A stretch of DNA of 49,903 bases from an uncultured bacterium. Its GTDB lineage: Bacteria > UBP15 > UBA6099 > JAJRTR01. A program made the position numbers and the translations under genes. The notes beneath the pieces are model-generated. The model saw only the letters and a program-made list of their open reading frames with translations, did no database searches and was not told the origin of the DNA. Of this stretch, positions 11,233 to 21,422 are shown in pieces; position 1 is the stretch's first letter; every line of letters starts with the position of its first letter. The DNA lies in NCBI GenBank assembly GCA_964595945.1, contig CAZQSL010000009.1:1-49903 (forward strand), written 5' to 3'.

Positions 11233-12279
11233 ATGACTGCCAATATGTGGAAAACCACGCGCGTTGCAATTGTCTTTCTGTGTATAATCCTGCCATTGAC
11301 TGCAGTAGCAATTGCTGAAGAGAGCTATCCATCGTATGACGAAATGACGCAAGAGACACTCGCGCTCGCTACGCGCTATCCGAGATACGCAACCATTTCG
11401 CGATACGGCACAAGTGTCGAGGGCCGGACTCTATACGCAGTGCGCATCGCGATGCCGGATGGCAAAAAACGCCCGGAAGCTTTCGTAGCGTCAACGATTC
11501 ACGGCAACGAGTGGATTGCGAACAGAATGGCGATGGCAGTCGCCGAGCGCCTTCTTTCGGGCATTGAAACTGATCCGTGGATTACTTCACTGATGGGCAA
11601 AACCGACATCTGGGTGCTGCCTTGCCTCAACCCCGACGGCTATGTCGCGACCGAACTTGAACGCGGCAAACTCGCACCCACTCGCAAGACGCGGCACAAT
11701 GCGCATGGTGTTGATCTCAACCGAAATTTCCCTCTGCCCGGCCCGCGCTCGATGAACATTGAAATGGCTGGCTCCACCGATCCGGACAGTGACTACTTCA
11801 TGGGCAATGAGCCTTACTCCGAACCCGAAACGCAGGCAATCCGCGATTTCGTAGCGGCCCACAGGTTTTATGCATCCATCGATATTCACAGCAACTGGGG
11901 AACGGTGTTCCCGGCTCGATGTCCCGACATGACATGCCAACGGCTTTACAAAGAAATGTTCAAACCTGCGCTCGCTCATCAGAAACGCATCTATGCACTC
12001 GGCATGGCTCCCGCGATGGATTCATTCACCGGTGAAATGGAAGATGCCATGTACTACGATTTCGGGATTCTCTCCGCCTGCTGGGAAGTCTCATTCCTCG
12101 CCGACGGCAAGGCCGATTTCGCCGCCACCAATGACTGGTTCAACCAGCTCAATCCCATTGCTATCACGCCATGGATCGACAATGACCGCGATTCCATAAT
12201 CCTTGCTATCGAAAAGGCGCTCGATCTTACAAAAGGCGAACCTGTTGGAATAGAACATCGCAAGTGGAAAGGCAAATAG
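11233..12279 (+). CDS. M14 zinc carboxypeptidase, secreted
   Basis: Signal peptide. Zn-binding HGNEW motif, NPDG, and DIHSN motifs of the peptidase M14 family. Confidence 0.8.
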   Translation: MTANMWKTTRVAIVFLCIILPLTAVAIAEESYPSYDEMTQETLALATRYPRYATISRYGTSVEGRTLYAVRIAMPDGKKRPEAFVASTIHGNEWIANRMAMAVAERLLSGIETDPWITSLMGKTDIWVLPCLNPDGYVATELERGKLAPTRKTRHNAHGVDLNRNFPLPGPRSMNIEMAGSTDPDSDYFMGNEPYSEPETQAIRDFVAAHRFYASIDIHSNWGTVFPARCPDMTCQRLYKEMFKPALAHQKRIYALGMAPAMDSFTGEMEDAMYYDFGILSACWEVSFLADGKADFAATNDWFNQLNPIAITPWIDNDRDSIILAIEKALDLTKGEPVGIEHRKWKGK

Positions 12280-12298
12280 CCACAGCAGTGATCTGTGG
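12280..12298. terminator. Small hairpin (6-bp stem CCACAG/CTGTGG) in the 26-bp gap between convergent genes
   Basis: Inverted repeat seen directly. No clear U-tract, so only a weak terminator candidate. Confidence 0.25.
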
Positions 12299-12305
12299 TC
12301 CTGGG

Positions 12306-13277
12306 TTAAATACTTAGCAGCTGTTTTTTTCCATGAGTCGAACGCCATTCGCCGGGCGGCATACCGCAAAATGATTTAAATGCTTTGCTTAAGCTCGCCT
12401 CCGAGTCGTATCCTGTGACCATGGCGATTTCCTTAGTAGCGATTCCCGTGTTTTCGAGATATTCAGCAGCGATGTTCATACGAAGGTTTTTGAGATAGCA
12501 CATGGGTGACATGCCGACCATGCTGCTGAATCTCGCAGCGAATGGAGAACGGGACATGCCGACGCATTCCGCCAGTTCTTCAACGGTCCACGCATGGGCA
12601 GGCCTGCCGTGAAGCGCTGCAAGAGCGGAGGCTATCCGGGTATCCTTAAGTGCGCCAAGCCAGCTCGCTGCTTCCTTTTCATTGGCGGAATCGAGCCATG
12701 TCCGCAGCACGTGTACGAAAAGTATTTCGGCCGCGCGCGCAAACACGAGCTTTGCCCCCGGCAGTTTCAGGCTGGACTCTTCGATGACAAAGGCAAGTAT
12801 CATATCCAATGTCTCGGGGGTTTCATTGAGTTTACATGTCAGCGTCATTACCGTGGGGAGCAGTGGCAATATGAGTTTTTCGCGCCCCGGACTGCATCTG
12901 AAAGATCCGGAGAGCATGTCGGTTTCCATTATTTCAGAGGTTCGGTTGTCATATACGCAGTAGGCCTGTCCCCGCGTCATCACGATCATTTCTCCCCTGT
13001 TAAGCATGCGTTCCTGCGATTCCGAAGCGAGTTTAATGCTACAGCCGCCACGCACTATGTAGTAGAAATGAATCATGTTGTCGGGCGGCATTTCAAGCGT
13101 CCACGGAGAGGACTGGCGCGTTCGCGCGAAATTATGGCCCTGAAGTCCCATGAAATGAAGTACGTCCGCAAGTACATCGGGCCTCTCTTCAGAAGGATTG
13201 GTGTTATGAATTAAAATTTCCATGTTGGGACTCCCGGACAAGTATTCAGGACTGTTGAGCATTGTTATGGTATCCAT
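12306..13277 (-). CDS. AraC family transcriptional regulator (N-terminal cupin-like sensor, C-terminal HTH)
   Basis: C-terminal AraC-type HTH (TVEELAECVGMSRSPFAARF...SKAFK). Transcribed divergently from the PLP-enzyme operon. Confidence 0.8.
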   Translation of the reverse strand: MDTITMLNSPEYLSGSPNMEILIHNTNPSEERPDVLADVLHFMGLQGHNFARTRQSSPWTLEMPPDNMIHFYYIVRGGCSIKLASESQERMLNRGEMIVMTRGQAYCVYDNRTSEIMETDMLSGSFRCSPGREKLILPLLPTVMTLTCKLNETPETLDMILAFVIEESSLKLPGAKLVFARAAEILFVHVLRTWLDSANEKEAASWLGALKDTRIASALAALHGRPAHAWTVEELAECVGMSRSPFAARFSSMVGMSPMCYLKNLRMNIAAEYLENTGIATKEIAMVTGYDSEASLSKAFKSFCGMPPGEWRSTHGKKQLLSI

Positions 13278-13445
13278 CTTACTATATTGTTGTTTTCAGG
13301 ACAAATGCAATTGCTTAAGTTTGCAGGACATCATTCTCGGGCGGTTAAAAATAGCGGGAATAGCGTCCATAGTTGGAATAATTGCGGATTCTGCAATTGT
13401 CTCAAATTCATCTATCGAAAATATCCATCTCGGGAGGCGCGAAAT

Positions 13446-14888
13446 ATGAAGACCATACCGGAAAAAGGTTTATGCAAAAATGATGTTCTCGGCGATCTTG
13501 AGTCATTCAGGGTAAAAGACCTTGACTGGCGTAGCGGGAAGGTATTCGGGTTCATTTACGATGTGGACGAAGAGCTGCGCGAGGTGGTCAAGGAATCATA
13601 CATGATGTACCTCGTGGAGAACGGGCTGGACCCCACGAGTTATCCGAGCATATTGAGGATGGAAAACGAGATAGTGGCAATGGTCGGCGGCGATCTCCTG
13701 CGGGGAGGCGACAAAGTAGTCGGGAATGTCACGTCAGGGGGCACGGAAAGCATCATGATGACAGTGCTTGCGGCCCGCAACCGCGCCCGGGCGCTGCACC
13801 CGGAAATTACTGCACCGGAAATCGTGATGCCATTCACCGCGCATGCGGCTTTTTACAAGGCGTCTCACTATCTCGGAGTCAAGATTGTGACAGTGCCGGT
13901 CAAGGATGATTCTTTCGAGGCGGACCCGGCCGCTATGCGTGAGGCGGTGAATGACAATACGATCCTGATCGTATGCTCCGCGCCCGGATATGCTCATGGT
14001 GTAATTGATCCGGTCAGAGAAATAGCGGCCATCGCTGTCGATAAAAACATCCTTTGCCATGTGGATTGCTGCGTAGGCGGTATACACCTTTCAATCATGC
14101 GCAGAATGGGTGAGCCGGTGCAGGATTTTGATTTTTCGGTGCCTGGCGTCACAAGCATCAGCGTAGACATGCACAAGTATGGCTATTCGGCGAAAAACTG
14201 CTCTCTGATCCTGTATCGCAGCCGTGACGTGCGGCGCTACCAGATTTTTGCATGCGCCAAGTGGCCTGGTTATACGATTGTCAATCCTGTCGCGAGCAGC
14301 AGCAGGACGGGCGGTCCGTTTGCCGCAGCGTGGGCAGTGCTGAATTTTCTCGGCGTCGATGGATACACGCGCATTGTCAGCGATGTAATGAAGGCCACCC
14401 GTCTCGTCATCGACGGCATCAACCGTATCCCAGGCCTGAAGATAAACGGAAATCCGCAGATGTGCATGTTCTCATTTATCTCCGAAGACCCGAAACTGAA
14501 CGTTTACCGCATCGCCGATGAAATGAAAATCAGAGGCTGGTACATTCAGCCCCAATTTGCACGAGGCAATTCACGATCGAGCATACATATTTCATTCACA
14601 TATATCAACGTCAGTCAGGCCGCAGATATGCTACGCGATCTCAAAGCGTCCGTCGAAACCATCCGCAGCCAGCCGGAAATGAAAATGGCCGACTTTTCAG
14701 CACTGGCATCCAGTCTTCAAGGGCTGGACGAGGAAGGGCTGCTTGACATGCTCGAAATGATCGGCGCAAGCGGCGGAAATATGCCCGACAGGATGGAGCC
14801 TGTAAACAGACTTCTTGAATCCCTGCCGGATGACCTTGAGGAATTTATTATTTCCTCGTTTTTCAACACGATGCAGAAAGCGCAATGA
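13446..14888 (+). CDS. PLP-dependent group II decarboxylase-fold enzyme, sphingosine-1-phosphate lyase-like
   Basis: TSGGTESI motif. PLP-lysine motif SVDMHKYGYSAKNCSLILYRS matches the SPL SADTHKYG-like signature. GGGAGG RBS before the ATG at 13446. The ORF-track start at 13287 is an upstream extension. Confidence 0.75.
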   Translation: MKTIPEKGLCKNDVLGDLESFRVKDLDWRSGKVFGFIYDVDEELREVVKESYMMYLVENGLDPTSYPSILRMENEIVAMVGGDLLRGGDKVVGNVTSGGTESIMMTVLAARNRARALHPEITAPEIVMPFTAHAAFYKASHYLGVKIVTVPVKDDSFEADPAAMREAVNDNTILIVCSAPGYAHGVIDPVREIAAIAVDKNILCHVDCCVGGIHLSIMRRMGEPVQDFDFSVPGVTSISVDMHKYGYSAKNCSLILYRSRDVRRYQIFACAKWPGYTIVNPVASSSRTGGPFAAAWAVLNFLGVDGYTRIVSDVMKATRLVIDGINRIPGLKINGNPQMCMFSFISEDPKLNVYRIADEMKIRGWYIQPQFARGNSRSSIHISFTYINVSQAADMLRDLKASVETIRSQPEMKMADFSALASSLQGLDEEGLLDMLEMIGASGGNMPDRMEPVNRLLESLPDDLEEFIISSFFNTMQKAQ

Positions 14889-14919
14889 CGGCATATACAC
14901 TTGAAAAGGGGAGAGGGGC

Positions 14920-15963
14920 ATGGCTGAAGAACGAACACTTTATCCTAATTGGCAATCGCTTTGCGAATCCGGCTACTTCAGGCAGCTACCTGACGGCAGG
15001 CTCGAACTCATTGCGCCCGACGTCGACGGAATTATTGATTTCCACACGCATCTGGGGTGGACTGTCCTGCTCGCAAAAAAAGTCGACCTGCTGAAAAGAC
15101 ACCCTGAAACACTGCATGATTTCAATCGCAAACTGAAGGTGGACCTCAGCGTTTACTCGGGTGTCAACTTCTACAACGAGCGCCCCAAATGGGGTAGCGA
15201 AGACTATGTGCCCGCTGCAATTTCTCCATTCACCAATGGCATTCACCATACGCACACGGTACCTAATATCGTCTGGGACATGGATCCACTGAAGATACGG
15301 AAATCCGTGATACTGTCGCTCGACATCAAACTCGGACCGATCCTTTCAGACAACAATTACAGATTCGGCGAAGCGATCAGAAAAGGCGCGCCTGACAGAC
15401 TTGTATTCTTCTGCACAGTACATCCCAGACACCCGCGCCGCGAAAAAGTCATCGAAGACTCCCTTGCGATGGGAGCTATGGGCATGAAAATCCACCCTGA
15501 GATGCTGCTCATGTCGATGCAGGCGCCTGAGATGATAAGCCTCTTGAAACTCTGGAACAAAATCTCGGGCGGGAAACCGGTACTGTTCCACAGCGGATTC
15601 AACGGCTTCGAGCCCAAAAAGGCTCGCGAACACGCCGCCATTGAAACCTATCACTCCGCAGTCGCAGCACTCGAAGGAGGCATCGCCGTACTCGGACACT
15701 CCGCCATGAATCAGTATCGCACAGCCATTGAAATATGCGAAAAATATCCTCACTGCCACCTCGAACTCAGCGGACAGCCCAAGTCACACCTTCGGGAAAT
15801 GCTCGACCGGCTTGGCCCGGATCGCCTGCTGTACGGATCCGACTGGCCCGTATATCCACAGGCCATCCCCATCACAAAAATACTTATGGCAACAGAAGAC
15901 TGTCGTGAATACCGCAAAAAACTCCTTTACGACAATGCCGCAAAACTGCTCTCGCTCACATAA
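14920..15963 (+). CDS. Amidohydrolase-2 family metal-dependent hydrolase (TIM barrel)
   Basis: DFHTHLGW start-of-barrel motif and C-terminal LYGSDWP motif. Strong RBS AAAGGGGAGAGGGG. Confidence 0.75.
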   Translation: MAEERTLYPNWQSLCESGYFRQLPDGRLELIAPDVDGIIDFHTHLGWTVLLAKKVDLLKRHPETLHDFNRKLKVDLSVYSGVNFYNERPKWGSEDYVPAAISPFTNGIHHTHTVPNIVWDMDPLKIRKSVILSLDIKLGPILSDNNYRFGEAIRKGAPDRLVFFCTVHPRHPRREKVIEDSLAMGAMGMKIHPEMLLMSMQAPEMISLLKLWNKISGGKPVLFHSGFNGFEPKKAREHAAIETYHSAVAALEGGIAVLGHSAMNQYRTAIEICEKYPHCHLELSGQPKSHLREMLDRLGPDRLLYGSDWPVYPQAIPITKILMATEDCREYRKKLLYDNAAKLLSLT

Positions 15964-16023
15964 AATATCTTGCTCTCCCACATGGAAACACCTGCAATCT
16001 GAGGCAATATACATGGAGTCGCT

Positions 16024-16899
16024 ATGGACGTGAAATACCTGATATTCATTGGCCTTGCCATGCTGACCCCTGCCATCGAAAACATTGGTCTGGGACTGCA
16101 AAAACTGGCCATAGATAAAATTCCGGCAGCAAATGGCCGCCTGAAAAAATCAGGTTGGACATTCGTGTGGATACTTGGCTTTGCACTGACGATTGTCGTC
16201 GCACTACTGATCTTCAAGACAATGTCACTTGGCAACGCATCAACAGTCGGCGCCTTCAGCGGATTCGGGCTGATCGTTCTTGCTCTGTTCTCACGATTTG
16301 TGCTGAAAGAAAAAATCCTTCCTCGTGAATTGATCGGGATTCTCATCATAATGTCAGGCACATCACTGATCGGGTATTTCAGTCACGGTCACCAGAATAC
16401 ATCGGTTGATTATGACAGTGAGAAACTCCTCATATTCATCCTTTGCCAAGCCTGCCTAATTGGTGCGGGATTTGCCGTGACCGTCAAGGCGCCTCGTCTT
16501 GCCGGAGTAATTCTGGGTATTATTGCGGGGAGCATAGCCGGATTATCGGTCACCACGCAGAAAATACTGTCGCACACATTTCTCGGGCTTTTCCGAGATC
16601 CGCTCCACGCCGACTATGCAGCAATCGCTCTGACTCCAGTCACATGGATTATGGTGCTGTACGGAATCGGAGGAGTCGTTTTGCTGCAATTCGCATATAA
16701 AAAAGGAAAAGCAGTGCAAGTAGTCCCTTCCCGCGCGACCGGTGCAATCCTGACACCCCTCATTGCGGGAGTCGCCTTGCTCAATGAATCAGTGCCGCCA
16801 CTCAGCCTTCTCGGCACATTGGTGATAATTGCCGGCATCATAGTTACCACCACAGCCAATCCAGCCAAAGCAGAGCATCATGGTGTCTCTATGAAATGA
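16024..16899 (+). CDS. Polytopic membrane protein, DMT superfamily (EamA/NIPA-like)
   Basis: About 9-10 hydrophobic helices. Duplicated EamA-like halves. Lies in the same operon as the PLP enzyme and amidohydrolase. Confidence 0.55.
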   Translation: MDVKYLIFIGLAMLTPAIENIGLGLQKLAIDKIPAANGRLKKSGWTFVWILGFALTIVVALLIFKTMSLGNASTVGAFSGFGLIVLALFSRFVLKEKILPRELIGILIIMSGTSLIGYFSHGHQNTSVDYDSEKLLIFILCQACLIGAGFAVTVKAPRLAGVILGIIAGSIAGLSVTTQKILSHTFLGLFRDPLHADYAAIALTPVTWIMVLYGIGGVVLLQFAYKKGKAVQVVPSRATGAILTPLIAGVALLNESVPPLSLLGTLVIIAGIIVTTTANPAKAEHHGVSMK

Positions 16900-16953
16900 T
16901 ACCGATGAGCGTTCATCGAAGTAACATGTATGGATATACGGTGAGGGTAAGAA

Positions 16954-19900
16954 TCATTCAGACGATACAAGCCATGTCTGGAAATGGTCGGGGTGAGTGA
17001 AATCCATGAAGAGCGAGACTTGCCGTTCGAGTTCAGGGAATAGTGCCGTTGCCTGTTCGATGTCGTTTTCTCGGGCGGCGATTTCGACGGCTGAGGCCGA
17101 GGCCCGAAGCTGTCTTGCGGCAACAATGGCGGCGTCGCCGTTGATTTTGTGCGAAACGGCCCTGATCGTATCGAAGTCTTTGGCTTCGATTCCCTGTATG
17201 ATGAGTTCGACATAGCCATCGATGCGCGAGCGAACACGTTCGACAAACTCGGAAGCATATTCCATGTCGTCATCATAGATAGTCTTGAATTCAGCGCGGT
17301 CGATGACATCGGCTCCTGGGGCCTGGTTTTCGCAGGATGGATGTGTGTTCTTTGGCTTGTTATCGTGTAGATGAATGGCGGAATGCATATTGCCGGACTC
17401 CATTGGAGTCTGTTTGATATATCGTTTGATCATGTTGGTCAGACTGTCAGGCAGGACAGGTTTGATGAGGTACTCGTCCATGCCCGATGCGAGCCCGCGA
17501 GCGCGGTCATCGGAGAAAGCGTAAGCGGAAAGGCCCACGATAGGTGTATGGCGACCGGTGGTGGTTTCCCAGTTGCGAATGCTTTGAGTCGCTTCGAAAC
17601 CATCGACGACCGGCATCTGGCAATCCATAAGTATGAGATCGTAACTGCCAGACATTGCCTTTTCGATCGCGATTGCGCCATTGTGCGCAATATCGCAGTC
17701 GGTTATACCGATGCGGTCGAGCATTTCCGTGATGACCATTTGATTGGTTTGATTGTCCTCGACGATGAGCAGGCGAGGGGAGCCATTGGCGAGAGTGAAC
17801 GATTCGAAGGAATCATCTTTGGAAGAATCGTTCATTATGCTGGCGGCAATTTCGAGGTTGACGGTAAACGAGAAAACCGCTCCGCCGTAGTCATTGTTTC
17901 CGGCACTGATCGAGCCGCCCATAGCTTCGACGATTTCGCGTGAGATGGAGAGGCCGAGGCCAGTGCCGCCGTTACTGTCGTGTAGTTGTGCGAATGGCTG
18001 GAAGAGTCCCTCGATGAGGTTATCGGGTATCCCGATGCCGGTGTCACTGACAGTGAAAGTCACGGGCGCATGCGAGTCGCCCGTGTCCTCGATCGCACAT
18101 GTGACGCTGATCGTTCCCCGTGAGGTGAATTTGATGGAATTGCCTACGAAGTTGACGAGCACCTGTCTGAGGCGCAGTCTGTCGGATTTTACACAAATGT
18201 ATTTGGAACCATGGAAAGTGGTTTTCAATACGAGTCCCTTTTCCTTTGCCTTGTGAGCCAGGAGACTGTCGATGTCAGTGAGGATTTCGTAGAGATTGAA
18301 AGTCTCGTTTGCGAGGGTGATGGCGCCGGCTTCGATGCGTGAAAAATCGAGGATGTCGGTAATGAGGCTCATCAGATGATCGGAGGCGGAAACGATGCTG
18401 TCAGTATACGATGCTGCTTTTTGTGGCAGTCCGAGGTCATTGAGCAGACGTCCGAATCCAACTATGGCGTTAAGCGGGGTGCGAAGCTCGTGGCTGATTT
18501 TTGACAGAAATACACTTTTGGCCCTGTTTGCGGATTCGGCTTTTTCCTTTTGGGTGATCAGTTCCGATTCGAGTTTCTTGAGACGGGTGATGTCGATTTG
18601 TGTGCCAGCCATACGGATTGGTTTGCCGTCGGGGTCGCGTTCGATGATTTTCCCACGGTTGAGCACCCATGAATATGATCCGTCGCAACTTTTCAGACGA
18701 TATTCTATTTCATACTTGCCGCTGACGCCTGTTATATAGTGTCTGAGTGTTTCAGCGACGTGCAGTTCGTCATCCGGATGGAGGAGTTCCTTCCAGACTG
18801 TGAGGGCAGAAATGCAGGGGTATGGCTCATAGCCGAGCATTGTCGCCCAACGGTCGTTGAGAGTTATTTCATCGGCGGGGATATTCCAGTCCCATATGCC
18901 GATGTCAGCGCCGAAGATCGCCATTTCAAGCCTTTCGCGGCTCTCCTGAAGCTGTTTTTCTGCAAGTTTTCTCTGTGTGATGTCTTCTGCGATGCCGGCA
19001 GTTCTGAGATTTTCGCCTTCCGTGCCAGCGACGACCCATGACTTGGTGCGTACCCATTTGATGGCTCCGCTTGGTGTGAAGATGCGGAACTCCTGATCGA
19101 AGACACCATTGTTTCTGAAGTCGTTATAATAAATCGTTTTCATCTTTTCGCGATCTTCTTCGACAATATAGTTGCCAAAAAGGGCCGGATTGTCATATAG
19201 TTCGTCGCGGGGGCGTTCCCATATCTGTTCATAGATTGGGCTGATATAGAGGACTTTATCGTTTGATCGAAGCCAGAAAATCTCGTTGACATTTTCTGCG
19301 ATCTGGCGGAATCTGTTTTCGCTTTCGCGAAAAGCGTCTTCCGCGAGTTTTCTGTCGTTGATATTTCTTTTGACCCCCTGAAATCCGATGTGTTTTCCGT
19401 TGGCGTCGAAAATAGGTTTTGTGATCACCTCCACCCAGCATAGGGAGCCATCCTTGCATGCGTGCTGGATCGTGAATTCACCGATTTGGCATTCCTCATA
19501 AACATCGATCGAGGCGAGCCTTGATTGTACTTCTTCGACTGCTTCCGGCGTGATGAATGCAAACAGGTTTTTCCCTATGAGATCATCGACTGTATATCCT
19601 GTCATCGCCTCTTCGGATTTGTTGACATAAGTAAAGTTGAGATCTCTGTCCATTTGCCAGACGACATCGATGATGTTTTCCGTGATGAAGCGGTATTTCG
19701 ATTCGCTTTCGAGTAATTGTTTCTCAGCGATTTTTCGCGAAGTGATATCTCTGATAATCGAGAGTGCTCCTATGTATTTTCCATCGCTGTCGAGGAGGGG
19801 AGTGAGATTGATTTCAGTCGGAAAAACAGTACCGTCCGCCTTGATGTGATCGATTTCCCTTACGACAGATACGGCATGCTCCCTTGCGGTCTGGTAGATT

Positions 19901-20835
19901 TCCGCTATTGCCGCCACACCTTCGGCAGTGACGAATTGTGAATAGTGAAGGCGTGTGACGTCAGTGCCCGGAGGGATGCCGCAGATTTTGTAAGCGACTG
20001 GCGAAGCGAACCTGATGAGGCCGTCCGGAGCTATCAGCACTATGGCATCGGGGGCGGCGTTGATGAGTGTCTGCGAGAGGATTTCAGCGTCTTTGCGTGC
20101 CGCATCAGCGTCGATAATGTCAGATATGTCCTGGATCGCGACAATAATCCCCCTGTTGACTTCGCGGCCCAATAGACATCCGGACATGAGGGCGGTGAAA
20201 ATCCTGCCATCCTTTGCCATAAATTCGATCTGTTTTTCTGAAATCACACCGGTTGTCTTCAATTCGTCGAGAAAAATAATGCGATTCTTTATGTCGAGAT
20301 ACATTTCCTGCGCTTTCGCCCTGGTAAGGTCCTCGGGGAGTTTCAGCAGGAGTCTGGCTTTTTTATTGGCAAATAAAATATGGCCGTCGAAATCCGTAAT
20401 TAAAATGGATACCGGGGCGAATTCCGCTATGATTTTGAATTTATCCCGGGAGACATCCTTGAAGGCACTGGTGTAGTGCGCTTCGTAAGACCTGTCTCGC
20501 ATTGTCACGGTGCACAGTCCGTCATCGGAAGGGATTGCGGTGCATTCGATCACGATCTGTTCGGCGAAAATGGTCTTTTCGATAATATCGCTCTGAGGGG
20601 TATTGGTCGAAAAAGCCGCATTTATCAGTTCCTCGACATTATCCACAATCGAGTCATGGAGCACGGTGTTGAGAGGCTTGTTCAGGCTGTCCGGGGGGAT
20701 TTGGAAGATGAAGCCATCTCTGGGGTTGTGACAAAACAGCAGTATACTCCCGGAGTCGACAATCAGCACCATATCCCTGATACCGTTCATCAGGGATGTC
20801 ATGATGGATTTTCCGTAATCTGTAATTGGACCCAT
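16954..20835 (-). CDS. Hybrid sensor histidine kinase with multiple PAS/PAC domains, HisKA, HATPase_c, receiver and C-terminal HPt domains
   Basis: At least five PAS-like repeats. H-box SHELRTPLN. HATPase G-boxes (DTGIGI, GGTGLGL). REC with LLIVEDN...D. HPt helix-bundle tail. Confidence 0.85.
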   Translation of the reverse strand: MGPITDYGKSIMTSLMNGIRDMVLIVDSGSILLFCHNPRDGFIFQIPPDSLNKPLNTVLHDSIVDNVEELINAAFSTNTPQSDIIEKTIFAEQIVIECTAIPSDDGLCTVTMRDRSYEAHYTSAFKDVSRDKFKIIAEFAPVSILITDFDGHILFANKKARLLLKLPEDLTRAKAQEMYLDIKNRIIFLDELKTTGVISEKQIEFMAKDGRIFTALMSGCLLGREVNRGIIVAIQDISDIIDADAARKDAEILSQTLINAAPDAIVLIAPDGLIRFASPVAYKICGIPPGTDVTRLHYSQFVTAEGVAAIAEIYQTAREHAVSVVREIDHIKADGTVFPTEINLTPLLDSDGKYIGALSIIRDITSRKIAEKQLLESESKYRFITENIIDVVWQMDRDLNFTYVNKSEEAMTGYTVDDLIGKNLFAFITPEAVEEVQSRLASIDVYEECQIGEFTIQHACKDGSLCWVEVITKPIFDANGKHIGFQGVKRNINDRKLAEDAFRESENRFRQIAENVNEIFWLRSNDKVLYISPIYEQIWERPRDELYDNPALFGNYIVEEDREKMKTIYYNDFRNNGVFDQEFRIFTPSGAIKWVRTKSWVVAGTEGENLRTAGIAEDITQRKLAEKQLQESRERLEMAIFGADIGIWDWNIPADEITLNDRWATMLGYEPYPCISALTVWKELLHPDDELHVAETLRHYITGVSGKYEIEYRLKSCDGSYSWVLNRGKIIERDPDGKPIRMAGTQIDITRLKKLESELITQKEKAESANRAKSVFLSKISHELRTPLNAIVGFGRLLNDLGLPQKAASYTDSIVSASDHLMSLITDILDFSRIEAGAITLANETFNLYEILTDIDSLLAHKAKEKGLVLKTTFHGSKYICVKSDRLRLRQVLVNFVGNSIKFTSRGTISVTCAIEDTGDSHAPVTFTVSDTGIGIPDNLIEGLFQPFAQLHDSNGGTGLGLSISREIVEAMGGSISAGNNDYGGAVFSFTVNLEIAASIMNDSSKDDSFESFTLANGSPRLLIVEDNQTNQMVITEMLDRIGITDCDIAHNGAIAIEKAMSGSYDLILMDCQMPVVDGFEATQSIRNWETTTGRHTPIVGLSAYAFSDDRARGLASGMDEYLIKPVLPDSLTNMIKRYIKQTPMESGNMHSAIHLHDNKPKNTHPSCENQAPGADVIDRAEFKTIYDDDMEYASEFVERVRSRIDGYVELIIQGIEAKDFDTIRAVSHKINGDAAIVAARQLRASASAVEIAARENDIEQATALFPELERQVSLFMDFTHPDHFQTWLVSSE

Positions 20836-20968
20836 AAGTGTTTTGTACCATTATTCACAAATGTCTTATATGGATTTTCCCCCATTTCTAACAATACAAA
20901 CAAATTTGGGCTCCAAATGTTTCTGGATAACGGTTGGGGCACGTGAATTCCCGACCTGATTCTTACAA

Positions 20969-20997
20969 TTGACCGCGAAGGGGAAATCAGGGATAAT
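20969..20997 (+). promoter_or_regulatory. Candidate sigma70 promoter of the BMC operon (TTGACC-17 nt-GATAAT)
   Basis: Seen in sequence, about 35 nt upstream of the eutN ATG. Spacing is exactly 17 nt. Confidence 0.4.
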
Positions 20998-21031
20998 AAG
21001 CAGATACATTTTATGGTGGGAGTGACGGCAC

Positions 21032-21319
21032 ATGGTACTCGGACGCGTCATAGGCACAGTAGTTGCAACACAAAAGAGTGATTCGCTAACGGGCAGAAAG
21101 CTGATGATGGTGCGCACACTCGATGTCGATCTCAAGCCGACGGAGGAGTATTTCGTTGCTGTGGATGCCGTGGGCTGCGGCAATGATGAAGTTGTGCTCT
21201 GCTCGAAGGGAAGCTCGGCGCGCCAGACTCCCCAGACAAAGAATACTCCCTCGGACATGGTTATTCTCGGCATCGTCGATTACGTTGATATCGATGGGCA
21301 GCAGATTTTCAAAAAGTGA
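21032..21319 (+). CDS. eutN: BMC vertex (pentamer) protein, EutN/CcmL/PduN family
   Basis: MVLGRVIGTVVATQK N-terminus and family length. GGGAG RBS. Confidence 0.9.
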   Translation: MVLGRVIGTVVATQKSDSLTGRKLMMVRTLDVDLKPTEEYFVAVDAVGCGNDEVVLCSKGSSARQTPQTKNTPSDMVILGIVDYVDIDGQQIFKK

Positions 21320-21422
21320 GTGCTGCCGCACAGTTTTCCATTCATGGTATGGCGGGATGGTGTTTTTTCAGTGTACATAATTATGGAATTAAAAAACATA
21401 TAAGGTTTATATGGAGGGTAAA

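Noticed and set aside
20836-21031. Cobalamin riboswitch or EutX-like sRNA leader upstream of the BMC operon
   Set aside because: The region is only 196 bp shared with a divergent gene. No B12-box-like sequence is present. The leader from the predicted TSS to the ATG is about 27 nt.
21320-21410. Terminator between eutN and the BMC-H gene (T-run GGTGTTTTTT)
   Set aside because: The preceding sequence forms only a 4-bp stem. More likely it is just a T-rich spacer in front of the strong GGAGGG RBS.
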